Assembly (NCBI GenBank): GCA_965224255.1
Contig: CBDCYO010000004.1
Coordinates: 2,449-66,448, forward strand
Length of the DNA: 64,000 nucleotides
Direction: 5' to 3'
Source: Dehalococcoidia bacterium
GTDB taxonomy: Bacteria; Chloroflexota; Dehalococcoidia; UBA6926
The notes under the pieces are model-generated. The model ran no database searches and was not told the DNA's origin. It was given only the letters and a program-made list of their open reading frames with translations. Positions 17,828-27,633 of this stretch are shown one piece after another. How positions within the stretch are numbered: the stretch's first letter is position 1; every line of letters starts with the position of its first letter. The position numbers and the translations under genes were made by a program.

Positions 17828-20055
17828 GTCTCCAGCCCCAACGAAGGAACACGTTCTGTATAGACAAGGCCGCCAACTAACTGCTCATCTTTTTCCGCGC
17901 CGAGCCATTCTTTCAACTTCGACCACCGACGCCGTCCTGACACATTGCGGACGGCGATGGCCACCGCCTTCTTCTGACCCACCAGCACGACCAACCGCTT
18001 GCCGCGCGTCACGCCGGTGTAAAGCAGGTTGCGCTGCAACATGGCGTAATGCTGCGTCAGCACGGGGATGACGATGGCAGGATACTCCGAGCCCTGGCTC
18101 TTGTGAACGGTCGCGGCGTAGGCCGGAACCAGCGCGTCGAGCTCGCCGAAGCCATAGGCAACGGCCCTCCCGTCGAAGTACGTCACCAACTCGCCTGCCT
18201 CCGGGTCAACGTCCTCGACGTAGCCGATATCGCCGTTGTAGACCTCCTTGTCGTAATCGTTTTCGATCTGCATCACCTTGTCGCCCGGCGCGAAGGTCCA
18301 GCCGAAGCGCTCGACTTTGCGCTCGCCGGCAGGGTTGAGCGCCGCTTGCAGCTCGATGTTGAGGGAGCGAGAGCCGACGGCACCGCGGTTCATCGGGCAC
18401 AGCACCTGGATGTCGCGTACCGCATTGAGCCCAAAGCGCCGCGGAATGTGTGTCTTCACCAGGTCGATGATCCGCGCCACCGCTGTTGGCGGATCGTCCG
18501 CAGCCACGAAATAGAAGTCGCTGTCGCCTTCGGGCTTTGACAGGTCGGGGATGGCGCCCCGGTTGATCTGGTGCGCACTGTTGACGATCCGGCTCCGCGC
18601 TGCCTGGCGGAAGACCTCGGTCAGGCGCACGACCGGAACCGCTCCCGAGGCGATAATGTCGGCCAGCACCTGACCCGGACCGACCGACGGCAACTGGTCG
18701 ACGTCGCCCACCAGCAACAAGGCGGCGGTGTCGGGCACGGCCTTGAGCAAGGCCTGCATCAGCATGACGTCCACCATCGAGGTCTCGTCCACGACTAGCA
18801 GGTCGCAAGCCAGCGGGTTGTCGCCGTTGCGTCTGAACCCGCCGTGTCTGGGGTCCGCCTCGAGCAAGCGGTGTATCGTTCTGGCCTCCAACCCGGTGGC
18901 CTCGCTCAGCCGCTTGGCGGCCCGGCCCGTCGGTGCGCACAGCAACATGTTCACACCCTTGGCGGCCAGAATGCGCAGGATGGCGTTGATGAGGGTCGTC
19001 TTGCCCACGCCCGGCCCGCCGGTGACGACCATGACCTTCGACGTCAGGGCCAGGCGAATGGCGTCGGCCTGGCTTGCCGCCAGCGACAGGCCGGTGCGCT
19101 GCTCGACCCAGGGCAACGCCTTGCCCACGTCGATATCGGGCCACGGGGGCCGACCTTCCGCGATCCGCAACATCCGCTCTGCGATGACTCGCTCAGCACG
19201 GTACAGGCCGGCCAGGAACAGGCAAGGGGTCCCGACGACCGTAGCCGCAACGACCGTGCCGTCGGCCAGCTCGAGGTCCAGCGCGGCTCGGACCAGTTCC
19301 CCCGGCACTTCCAGCAATTCGGCGGCGAGCGGCACAAGCTCTTCGACCGGCAGCCCGCAGTGACCGTCGTCCATCGCTTCGCTCAACGCGTAGGCGATTC
19401 CCGCGCGCACCCGAATCATGGCGGTCTTCTCGATGCCGAGTTTCATGGCGATCGCATCAGCGGTCTTGAACCCGATGCCGCGAATGTCCCGTGCAAGGCG
19501 GTACGGGTTCTCCGTCATGACCTGCACGGCATCGGCACCGTAGGTCTTGAAGATGCGCACCGCCCGCGCCGTCCCGAAGCCGTGGCTGTGCAGGAACACC
19601 ATGATCTCGCGGACGACCTTCTGCTCCGCCCAGGCCTCCGTAATGCGCTGCGCCCGAACGGGGCCGATGCCGTCCACCTCGCGCAGGCGCTCGGGCTCCT
19701 CCTCGGCCCGGACCAGCTTGCGGGCATAGACCGGGCCGATGCCCCGAATGGTGCCGGAACCGAGGTATTTCTCCATGCCCTCGGTCGACGATGGCGCCGA
19801 GCAACGCAGGAAGCGTGCCTTGAACTGCTGCCCATAGGTGCGGTCGTTGACCCACTCGCCGGATGCCGTGATCCATTCTCCCGCGGCCACCATGGCGGCG
19901 TGACCCACCACGGTGACCAGATCGCGGTGTCCGCGCGCCTTCGTCCTCAGGACGCAGAAGCCGCTGTCGGGATTATGGAAGGTGACGCGCTCCACGAGGC
20001 CGGCCAGGACCTCCCGGTCCGAAATCCCAGGGCGCGCGCCGGCCTCTGACATCAC
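17824..20055 (-). CDS. recD2: RecD2-like SF1 DNA helicase
   Basis: 743 aa. Walker A VVTGGPGVGKTT, LLVVDETSM, C-terminal VHKSQGSEYPAIVIPV. Confidence 0.85.
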   Translation of the reverse strand: MMSEAGARPGISDREVLAGLVERVTFHNPDSGFCVLRTKARGHRDLVTVVGHAAMVAAGEWITASGEWVNDRTYGQQFKARFLRCSAPSSTEGMEKYLGSGTIRGIGPVYARKLVRAEEEPERLREVDGIGPVRAQRITEAWAEQKVVREIMVFLHSHGFGTARAVRIFKTYGADAVQVMTENPYRLARDIRGIGFKTADAIAMKLGIEKTAMIRVRAGIAYALSEAMDDGHCGLPVEELVPLAAELLEVPGELVRAALDLELADGTVVAATVVGTPCLFLAGLYRAERVIAERMLRIAEGRPPWPDIDVGKALPWVEQRTGLSLAASQADAIRLALTSKVMVVTGGPGVGKTTLINAILRILAAKGVNMLLCAPTGRAAKRLSEATGLEARTIHRLLEADPRHGGFRRNGDNPLACDLLVVDETSMVDVMLMQALLKAVPDTAALLLVGDVDQLPSVGPGQVLADIIASGAVPVVRLTEVFRQAARSRIVNSAHQINRGAIPDLSKPEGDSDFYFVAADDPPTAVARIIDLVKTHIPRRFGLNAVRDIQVLCPMNRGAVGSRSLNIELQAALNPAGERKVERFGWTFAPGDKVMQIENDYDKEVYNGDIGYVEDVDPEAGELVTYFDGRAVAYGFGELDALVPAYAATVHKSQGSEYPAIVIPVLTQHYAMLQRNLLYTGVTRGKRLVVLVGQKKAVAIAVRNVSGRRRWSKLKEWLGAEKDEQLVGGLVYTERVPSLGLET

Positions 20056-20592
20056 GACACTCCCGGCCCGGGCGCCGTCAAATGCTTCGCGTCGACATCA
20101 GACCACTGCATTCGTCGAGTCACCTCTTCAAGGTCTCCGAATCCGGAATTGTTTAGGGGAAGAGGCACGGTCCTGTCCTGCTGACGGTGCCAAGGGCATG
20201 ATGCAGAGACTGGACGGGCCCGTGATTCTTCAGGAGGCGATGGCCTAGACCGTTGAGCCAGGTGGTTGATCGTTTTATGGTAGGTCTGTGGCCGTTTGCG
20301 ACCAAGGCACGAAGGAATTGAGCCAACCCGGCCCCGGGCCATGATGGCAAGCCGGAGGATATCCACAAAACCAGCTCCGAGAGGACCCACGCTCGTGACA
20401 CAGGACGACACACAGACCTGGTGGCAAGAGGCAGGCAAAGGCTTCCTTCCCTGGCAGGACGCTTTCAGGAGGGACATCAAGGACAGCAACTCCCCCCTCT
20501 CCGACCACCAAGGCCACTCGCAGGACACGGAAAGAATATCCGGCTCGCAGCCGTGGTTCCCATACATCTATCAGAGGAAAGGCGCCTTCCTC

Positions 20593-21084
20593 ATGTGGGC
20601 GTGGATGACGGCATCGGCCTACACCTGGAACGCTGGCTTCCAGCAGTTTGCGGCGACCCGTGAAAGCTTTGTTGCCGACTGGAGCACTCTGGGGTTTGCA
20701 CTACCTGCTCTGATTGTACTCGCCCTTTCAGCATGTGCCCTGCTCTTCGATTCCCTGGCCATCCGGCGAACACTTGCAGCACTGAGCCTGTTCCTGATTC
20801 ACATCTTCACCAACAACCTCATCACCCTGGCCGCCTGGGAGTTCCTGTTGGGGCTGGATGTCAAGCTCGTCACCGTCCAGAGCATGGCTATCGAAACCGC
20901 GGTGGCAGCGATTTCCGCCCTGCCTGTCTCCCCTTCGCTCATGCCTCTGGGCGTGCCCCTGGCAGCCGGTATCGTCCTGGTTCCTTTGAGGAACACCTCG
21001 CCCGGACGCCTGAACGTGTACCTTCCACTGCTGGCCTGCTTTCTCTGGTTGCTGCTCGCCGGTAGAGCCCTCTCCATTACCTGA
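20593..21084 (+). CDS. Hypothetical multi-pass membrane protein
   Basis: 163 aa counted from an internal ATG. Several hydrophobic segments. Start is uncertain. Confidence 0.35.
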   Translation: MWAWMTASAYTWNAGFQQFAATRESFVADWSTLGFALPALIVLALSACALLFDSLAIRRTLAALSLFLIHIFTNNLITLAAWEFLLGLDVKLVTVQSMAIETAVAAISALPVSPSLMPLGVPLAAGIVLVPLRNTSPGRLNVYLPLLACFLWLLLAGRALSIT

Positions 21085-21108
21085 CAACGGTAACCGCCGA
21101 AGGAGGGA

Positions 21109-21543
21109 TCAGTCCGCCACAGTCCCCTGGGCCTCGATCTGCCGCTCGACGCAGATTCTGACCATTCCCCAACCATGCTGGCCCAACTGGTCGAGGCAGT
21201 GTTCAATGAACGGCGTGTGCTCGGCCGGGGACGCCTGCAGGGCCTCATACGCGGCCATGTCTTCCACTATGCACGCTTTCACCATCACGCTGCCGAATTC
21301 GCCCGTCTGCGCCTGGCAACGCGAGATGATCACGCTGCGCTCGTCGCGCCCTGTGTCGGTTGGATGCGGACGTCCTGTAACGCCTGCCGCGGCATCAAGG
21401 CAGGCGAGCCGCTCGGCCTCTTGCTCGATCGTCATACAGCGCTGCCAATCGTCAGTCCAGGCCGTGCTCGCCCCGATGGCGAAACTGGCAGCCGCCATTG
21501 CGATCATGACCATGAGCTGCCATTTACGTCTGGTCGGTTGCAT
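21109..21543 (-). CDS. Secreted Cys-containing hypothetical protein
   Basis: 144 aa. Signal-like KWQLMVMIAMAAASFAIGAS. Confidence 0.5.
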   Translation of the reverse strand: MQPTRRKWQLMVMIAMAAASFAIGASTAWTDDWQRCMTIEQEAERLACLDAAAGVTGRPHPTDTGRDERSVIISRCQAQTGEFGSVMVKACIVEDMAAYEALQASPAEHTPFIEHCLDQLGQHGWGMVRICVERQIEAQGTVAD

Positions 21544-21619
21544 GGTTGTGCGAGTTCCTCACTAAAGTGGCTGGCTGGCGGTGTCAGGGTTGTGTCAATC
21601 GATGACCGACAGGCGCAAC

Positions 21620-22374
21620 TCACTCGCAGACCACTCCGTCCCTGTCACCATCCCGCATGTAGCGGTAGGCGGGGTGCCCTCTGGGCACGGGCGCGATGCC
21701 GTGATACCGAGCCTCGTCGCAGGTGATGCGGCCGTTGCCATTGCTGTCGTACCGCGCCAGGGCATGGCTGTCGCCGCTTTCTTCGCTCCTGTCTCCCACT
21801 GAGGCAGGCTCCGCCGTGCACGCCATCGGTTCCATGTCGGTACTGTCGCACTGGGCGAGAATGCGATCGAGCGCCACCGCCTCACGTGGGTCAATGGTGA
21901 GATCGTAAGCCCGGCGAACTTCGACGACGCGGGCGGCGAACCAGCAGCGGTTGCGGTCCGGCAGCCATTCGGCAGCGTCCTTGCCGCTCTTCTGGTGCCG
22001 GTTTACCCGCGGGGCCGCCAGCGTCAGGTTGCGCAGATCGGCGGCGAAGCGCGCTCGAACCGCCCGGTCCCTGGCGCATAATCCAGAGTCGTGCGCCTCG
22101 CTCGTCGCCACGATGTGTTCGATGTCCGTCTGCCGAGTCGAGGCAAAGCAGGTCCCGGTGTACGGGCCGTACACACCCCCAGGCGGCGTGCGATGTCCAC
22201 CTCGATGGATTGTGGGTACGGGTAGTCCCGTTTTCTGTCGTACGGCGAGCAGCGGTTTTCCGGTGCTACCACCAGACCGCGCCAGGTCTCGGTGGTGTCT
22301 TGCGAAGACGCCAACGTTGCGAAGAGCACCGCCGAAACGATAAGCGAACCCATTGCCTTGACGCGCGGGATCAT
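21620..22374 (-). pseudogene. Secreted HNH/DUF1524-like nuclease with C-terminal Excalibur domain; frameshift at 22176-22180
   Basis: Signal peptide plus WRGLVVAPENRCSPYDR in one frame. GVYGPYTG..DIEHIVATSEAHDSGL..NLTLAAPRVNRHQKS..DGDRDGVVCE in the next frame. The join needs one more G in a G5 run. Confidence 0.7.
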
Positions 22375-22425
22375 GCTCTTCCTTCCGATAACCCATCGCC
22401 GATTCTGATAACACTGCCGTGCGGA

Positions 22426-22944
22426 TCAGTTCCGGAATGGCAACACGTACTTTTCCCAGTACTCACGCGCAACTTCCTGCGCACGGGCACGTCCTTCGCG
22501 AGCCATGGACGTAGCGATGATCTTCTTGTTCTCCCGAGCGTTCTTGTCGCCTTGAGCGGCGGCGACATCAAACCAGGCCCAGGCCTGCACGTCGTCCTGG
22601 GGTACACCTCGGCCGGTGGCGAACAAGACACCGAGGTTGCACTGTGCCAGGACATGCCCTCCTTCGGCAGCCTTGCGGAACCACTTCAGGGCCTCATCGT
22701 CGTCTTGCGGCTGACCTTGGCCAGTGGCGTGCATGACACCGCGGTTGTACTGTGCCTCGGGGGTCTTGGGGTTCATGAGAGCCGCGTCCCATCCCGACCA
22801 GGTCCATCCATACATGGCAAGGGGCCGCGATTCCGCAAGGGTACCGTCTTGCGCCTCGGCAACTGTCTCAGAACCTGGGGCGAAACCAACGACAAGGACC
22901 AGCGCGCCCAACGCCAGTCCGTACAAGCGTCGATACCACCTCAA
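22426..22944 (-). CDS. Sel1-like repeat protein (secreted)
   Basis: 172 aa. EAQYNRGVMHATGQG..ALKWFRKAAEGGHVLAQCNLG repeats. Confidence 0.8.
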   Translation of the reverse strand: MRWYRRLYGLALGALVLVVGFAPGSETVAEAQDGTLAESRPLAMYGWTWSGWDAALMNPKTPEAQYNRGVMHATGQGQPQDDDEALKWFRKAAEGGHVLAQCNLGVLFATGRGVPQDDVQAWAWFDVAAAQGDKNARENKKIIATSMAREGRARAQEVAREYWEKYVLPFRN

Positions 22945-23136
22945 GGGTCACCCCGCTTTCCAATTTGCGTCCAGATAAAAAAGCCCCTCCGGGATACTTC
23001 CCCGGAAAGGCTTCAGCAACTTCGCATAACCCCATGTCATGTCACCGCCGAACAGCCGGTGTGGATGAATTGTGGAAGGCAACATAAAGGCTTTCCAGCA
23101 TTCTCGCACAAGCTCCCGTACGTGGTCACTCTCGGT

Positions 23137-24072
23137 TTAGGAGTCCGCTTTGTCCCTGATCCGAAGAAAGTCTGCTCCCAGGACAGGCTGAATCGAAAAG
23201 GTTCTGTCTCGATGGGTGAGCCTCCGCAGATAGATATTGGTGCTGAGCTCTTGGGCGCGAGCAATTTGCTCAGTGGTCATGCGTTCCCTAAGTTCAGCCA
23301 TTTCTCTCGTGGTGGCATGACTCAGGTTTAACCAAGCGTAGGCCTGCACGTCGTCCTGCGGTACACCTTGGCCATCCCTGAACATGATTCCCAGACGCTC
23401 TTGCGTTTCGAGATAACCCTGTTCAGCGGCCTTGCAATACCACTTGACCGCCTCAACATCGTCTTCCGGTACGCCCTTGCCGAAGTCATACAGGTCGCCC
23501 AGGAGGTGTTGCGCCTCGGCGTAATCCTGTTCAGCAGCCCTGCGGAAGCACTTTATCGCCTCGGCATAGTCTTGTGGTACCCCCTTGCCGCGGAGGTGCA
23601 TCATGCCCAGGACGGTTTGTGCCAAGGCGTTGTCCTGCTCGGCAGCCTTGCGGTACCACTTCACGGCTTCGACATCGTTCTGCGGTACGCCCCTGCCAAG
23701 CTCATACATGGCACTCAGACTGCACTGCGCCCAGTCGTGACCTTGCTCGGCGGCCAAAAGATACCACTTCACCGCCTCGGCATAATCTTGCGGTACACTT
23801 TTTGGATCACCGAAACCTCTACTGAATTGGTCGTTACCATTCTCGAACATGCGGCCCAGGCGGTGTTGTGCCTCAGCGTTACCCTGCTCTGCGGCCTTTC
23901 GGTACCACTTCGCAGCTTCGACATAGTCCTGGAGCACACCTTTGCCACGGTAGTGCATGACACCCAAAACGGTTTGCGCCTCAGTGTTGCCTTTTTTGGC
24001 AAGACGCAACAATTCGGTAACCCATTCATTCCGCCACAAGTAAAGAACCAACCGTGCGATCATTCGGAACAT
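23137..24072 (-). CDS. Sel1-like repeat protein
   Basis: 311 aa. At least 6 repeats of the form AxxWYRKAAEQGxAEAQ. Confidence 0.8.
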   Translation of the reverse strand: MFRMIARLVLYLWRNEWVTELLRLAKKGNTEAQTVLGVMHYRGKGVLQDYVEAAKWYRKAAEQGNAEAQHRLGRMFENGNDQFSRGFGDPKSVPQDYAEAVKWYLLAAEQGHDWAQCSLSAMYELGRGVPQNDVEAVKWYRKAAEQDNALAQTVLGMMHLRGKGVPQDYAEAIKCFRRAAEQDYAEAQHLLGDLYDFGKGVPEDDVEAVKWYCKAAEQGYLETQERLGIMFRDGQGVPQDDVQAYAWLNLSHATTREMAELRERMTTEQIARAQELSTNIYLRRLTHRDRTFSIQPVLGADFLRIRDKADS

Positions 24073-24216
24073 GGTTCACTCCCCAATGAAGTCAGGGAAA
24101 AGCAAGAAGCCGGCATGACGATTTAGAAAACGGCCCGCCTTCTACTCGAAAGTAACTTGCAAACACTAAGCGATGAGTAGAGCAGTCATAGCATATATGC
24201 TATAAGATGCAAATTC

Positions 24217-24543
24217 ATGGAGTGGCGCGTCGAAACCCTGAACGAGACCGTGGACAAGGAACTCCGCGCCTTGCCCGCTGACATGCGTGCCCGATTCGCG
24301 CGCATCTGCCAATTGATTGGTGCAGTTGGCCTTGATCGTGTGGGCGCCCCGCATATCAGACATCTGAGCGGCCCGCTCTGGGAAATGCGCCTGAGCGGGC
24401 GAGACGGCATATCGCGCGCACTTTATGTGGCGACCCAGGACATGCGCCTGGTGGTCGTGCGGGTATTTTTCAAGAAGACTCAGCGGACGCCGCGCCGGGA
24501 GATCGAATTGGCGCTGCGACGTGTCGGGGAGATCATGACATGA
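24217..24543 (+). CDS. RelE-superfamily toxin (HigB/Gp49-like)
   Basis: 108 aa. LWEMRLSGRDGISRALYVA..RLVVVRVFFKKTQRTP. 4-nt overlap with the next gene. Confidence 0.7.
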   Translation: MEWRVETLNETVDKELRALPADMRARFARICQLIGAVGLDRVGAPHIRHLSGPLWEMRLSGRDGISRALYVATQDMRLVVVRVFFKKTQRTPRREIELALRRVGEIMT

Positions 24544-24818
24544 GCAAGGTAGCCGACCTGCACGAGGAATGGAGCCAGGATCCGGAATACCGCGAGGCGT
24601 ATGACCGACTTGGCGCAGAGTTTGAACTGACGCGCGCCCTGATCGAGGCAAGAACGGGCGCCGGGTTCACGCAGGCGGAATTGGCCGAGCGCATGGAAAC
24701 GACGCAATCGGTCGTAGCCCGGCTTGAGAGTGGCCGCGTCCAGCCGTCCACCCGAACACTGGAAAAGATCGCTCGCGCGACTGGCACCCGTCTTCGGATC
24801 AGTTTTGACCCGGCATGA
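24540..24818 (+). CDS. XRE-type HTH antitoxin (HigA-like)
   Basis: 92 aa. GFTQAELAERMETTQSVVARLESG. Confidence 0.75.
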   Translation: MSKVADLHEEWSQDPEYREAYDRLGAEFELTRALIEARTGAGFTQAELAERMETTQSVVARLESGRVQPSTRTLEKIARATGTRLRISFDPA

Positions 24819-24955
24819 CGTTGATCTGGGTCGCTTCGCCACTTTGCGCCGGAACATGAAATGCGCACATTTCTGACGCTGCCTGCGAGCCTTCGGATAT
24901 GTGATTTTGCTCCACTTGGGGGATGAGGTGATGAAGGTGTTTCGGGTTTGATCGG

Positions 24956-25199
24956 GAGTGCCAAAAAGTGTGGGGCAGTGCCGGATTCGTGCGGATATAT
25001 GGCCACATGATCCACAGACGGCCAACCGACACCGCTGTAGCAATCGGGTGCCTCTACCGGGATCGTAGAGAGGGTTATCGACACGGTGGTCGACAAGCAG
25101 TTCGCAAGCGTCAACAATGTCCCCCCAGAACCGTGGACCGGGCAGGACACCCGCGACCGAGGCATGCGCTGCCTGATTGCCCCACACTTTTTGGCACTC
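24956..25199. mobile_element. MITE-like element, copy 1
   Basis: Terminal inverted repeats GAGTGCCAAAAAGTGTGGGGCA at both ends. No credible ORF. Confidence 0.6.
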
Positions 25200-25554
25200 T
25201 CGTAGGTAAGGGCTTGCTTTCGCTGTGGGATATTTTGGTAGAATGGCATCGTTGTTGCCCCTTGCATCGGGGTATCAACGCACGTTGTTACCCCCCCCCC
25301 CAGGGGTACAACGCACCGCCCCCCGTTGCCCAACACCAGCAACGGACGGCAGCAGGCGCCTTCCCTTCAACCGCCAGGGGAGGTGCCTGCCCAGCCTTTA
25401 TAGCACAAATCAAATCACAGCTAAGTCTGTCTTCGCCATCACACCCGAGTTGCAACTACGGCAACCTAGGACGTGGCTTTCTGGCAATACCTTGATTGCA
25501 TTGCAATCATAGGATAAATTTGAAGCAGATTGCAAACAAAGAGGAGGCATCGCC

Positions 25555-25797
25555 ATGGCAAGCATCACAATCCGCAATCTCGACGACGACGTGAAGACCC
25601 GGCTTCGCATTCAGGCATCTGCGAATGGCCGTTCGATGGAAGAGGAAGCGCGCCTGATCCTGCGCGAAGCCGTCGAACGGAAAGCAGGCCCCAAAAACCT
25701 CGCCAGGGCCATTCGTGCCCGCTTTGCGCCCTTCGGCGGCGTGGAACTGGAGATACCCGCGCGCCAGCCAATGCGCCAGCCGCCTTCGTTCGAGTGA
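25555..25797 (+). CDS. vapB: RHH antitoxin (VapB/FitA-like)
   Basis: 80 aa. MASITIRNLDDDVKTRLRIQASANGRSMEEEARLIL. Confidence 0.8.
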   Translation: MASITIRNLDDDVKTRLRIQASANGRSMEEEARLILREAVERKAGPKNLARAIRARFAPFGGVELEIPARQPMRQPPSFE

Positions 25798-25806
25798 GAC
25801 CGAACA

Positions 25807-26229
25807 ATGATCATGCTGGATACCAACGTCGTTTCCGAACTCATGCGCCCATTGCCAATCCCGGCCGTTGAAAGCTGGATCGCCAACCGCCCGGCAGCGA
25901 GCCTGTTTTTCTCGGCAGTGGGCGAAGCGGAACTACGCTTCGGTCTCGCCATCATGCCTGCCGGCCGACGCCGGGACGCGCTCGCCTCGGAAATCGAAGC
26001 CATGCTACGTGACGACTTTGCCGACCGGATTCTGCCATTCGACAGTGACGCGGCGCGTGCGTATGCAGAAATCGCAGCCAGTCGTCGGGCGATCGGCCGG
26101 TCAGTCGCGGAGGCCGATTGTCAGATTGCAGCAATCACCCGGTCCCGCGGCCTGGCGCTTGCAACCCGGAACGTCCGGGATTTCCAGGATATGGGCGTCA
26201 ACATTATTGACCCCTGGACAGCGCCTTGA
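25807..26229 (+). CDS. vapC: PIN-domain toxin VapC
   Basis: 140 aa. MLDTNVVSE...AAITRSRGLALATRNVRDF. Confidence 0.85.
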   Translation: MIMLDTNVVSELMRPLPIPAVESWIANRPAASLFFSAVGEAELRFGLAIMPAGRRRDALASEIEAMLRDDFADRILPFDSDAARAYAEIAASRRAIGRSVAEADCQIAAITRSRGLALATRNVRDFQDMGVNIIDPWTAP

Positions 26230-26310
26230 AGGACAAACCGATTCGAGCGCGACGGTTCAGGCTGAATGAAAGTATCGTTCGGCGTGTCTGAGCGCTCCCA
26301 AAGGAAGCGG

Positions 26311-26571
26311 CTACCTGGGGGCTGCGGTCTGTGCAATGGTCGGCATCTTGCGGCTGTGAAATAGCATGTCGAGGGATTCAGCCAGCAAGTTCTGGATGGA
26401 TGTGTCCTCATTGACGGCGACCTGGCGCAGTTGCCGCGACACCTCGGGGTCGAAATACCCGCCGATATGCTTGGCGCCGCGTCTGGAGGGCGTCTCACGC
26501 AGGGCCGCGGGTGCTACAGGCACGTCTTTCTTCAGGGCATTGGCAAACTTGTTCTTCATGGCGTAAATCAT
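26311..26571 (-). CDS. RHH partition/centromere-binding protein (ParG-like)
   Basis: 86 aa. GGYFDPEVSRQLRQVAVNEDTSIQNLLAESLDMLF. Overlaps the parA stop. Confidence 0.6.
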   Translation of the reverse strand: MIYAMKNKFANALKKDVPVAPAALRETPSRRGAKHIGGYFDPEVSRQLRQVAVNEDTSIQNLLAESLDMLFHSRKMPTIAQTAAPR

Positions 26572-27203
26572 CCTTTTCGTTGTAGGTTGTGCAGGAGTGC
26601 ACGTGTGAAGACGTGCATCTGTTCAATCTCCCGCGCGGCCTTGCCCTTGGGTTCGACCTCCTGGGCAGTGTGGCCAGTGATGAGCGAACGTGCGAACACC
26701 ACGCGGTTGACAAGATGCACGGGGCAGACCTGGACGTCGAGCTCGTCCAAGGCTTCGGCAGCCTCAGCGGCTTCATGGCCTTGCGGTGTGGTGGCATTAA
26801 GGACGACGTAGACTGGCTTGCCAGTGGTACGGACGAGATCGAGCGTGCTCGAGATCGCCTCCATATCCAAGATAGCCGGTCGGCAGGGCATGAGAACCAG
26901 GTCGGCGGCTTTGGCGACTTCCAGGGCGCTTCGGTCCGAGTGCGGCGCGGTATCGAGGACGAGGACCTGACAGCCGGCGTCTTCAACGCGGCGTATTTCG
27001 TGCTGGAGGCGGCTAGCGTGCGCCGAGACAACGACAGGCAACTCGCTTTCGCGGCGGTCGGCCCAGTTAGCGGCCGAGGCCTGCGGATCGAGGTCGATGA
27101 TGGCCGTGTTGCTTCCGGCGTTAGCGAAAGCCACAGCCAAGTGCAGGGCGACAGTGGTCTTACCAGCACCGCCTTTTTGGCTGATGAGTGCGATGGTCTG
27201 CAT
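26568..27203 (-). CDS. parA: ParA-family partition ATPase
   Basis: 211 aa. Deviant Walker A SQKGGAGKTT. Confidence 0.85.
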   Translation of the reverse strand: MQTIALISQKGGAGKTTVALHLAVAFANAGSNTAIIDLDPQASAANWADRRESELPVVVSAHASRLQHEIRRVEDAGCQVLVLDTAPHSDRSALEVAKAADLVLMPCRPAILDMEAISSTLDLVRTTGKPVYVVLNATTPQGHEAAEAAEALDELDVQVCPVHLVNRVVFARSLITGHTAQEVEPKGKAAREIEQMHVFTRALLHNLQRKG

Positions 27204-27310
27204 GGCGATGGCCTTGGGTTAGACATGTGCAGACATGCATGATTGAACGATTGCAGGTGTGAACTCACACCTGCACGTGTGCACGCATTATCGCACATGT
27301 GCAAGCAAGA
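27204..27310. promoter_or_regulatory. Candidate par operator/centromere repeats
   Basis: ACATGTGCA at 27223-27231 and 27295-27303. 24-bp palindrome TGCAGGTGTGAACTCACACCTGCA at 27252-27275. Confidence 0.45.
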
Positions 27311-27394
27311 CGAGCGTAAGAAAACCCCTCCGGTTGTTTTGGTTCGAGTCTAAATTTTCCACAGGTAATGTGCGCATGAAGTGAAGGAGCATAC

Positions 27395-27532
27395 GTGGAT
27401 ATTAAGTTGGTGGTGGGTTTGGTCGGCGCGTTAGCTGCGATATGGACTTGTTGGAATGCTTATCAGATCAGACGCAGCATGGCCAAGGCAGATCGTGCGC
27501 GCCGTGTTGAAGAGACGCTGCAATTTGCATAG
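27395..27532 (+). CDS. Small hydrophobic peptide (45 aa), speculative
   Basis: GTG start 6 nt after GAAGGAG. VDIKLVVGLVGALAAIWTCW is a TM helix followed by a basic tail. Confidence 0.3.
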   Translation: MDIKLVVGLVGALAAIWTCWNAYQIRRSMAKADRARRVEETLQFA

Positions 27533-27591
27533 GAGATTAATGCGGTTGCTAGGAGTGTTGATGAGCTCGGCGGGCGGCTCAAGTTGGCCTA

Positions 27592-27629
27592 GGGTCGTGA
27601 CAATCATTGGAACGAAAAGTTGCGCTAAG
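27592..27629. repeat. Left 38-bp IR of the Tn3-family element
   Basis: Resembles the classic Tn3 IR (GGGG...GGAACGAAAA...TAAG). Confidence 0.9.
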
Positions 27630-27633
27630 GCGT

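Noticed and set aside
18206-20049. 312-aa and 401-aa ORFs overlapping recD2
   Set aside because: Alternative-frame and antisense shadows with R/G/P-rich low complexity. recD2 carries the helicase motifs.
24956-25199. MITE termini as attC sites or CRISPR repeats
   Set aside because: They occur as inverted pairs 140-240 bp apart with no regular spacing and no AAC/GTT core.
24480-25342. 235-aa and 269-aa minus-strand ORFs
   Set aside because: They run antisense through higA and the MITE and have no family features.
27330-27352. tRNA-like GGTTCGAGTC T-loop motif
   Set aside because: No acceptor, D or anticodon arms can be drawn from the flanking sequence.
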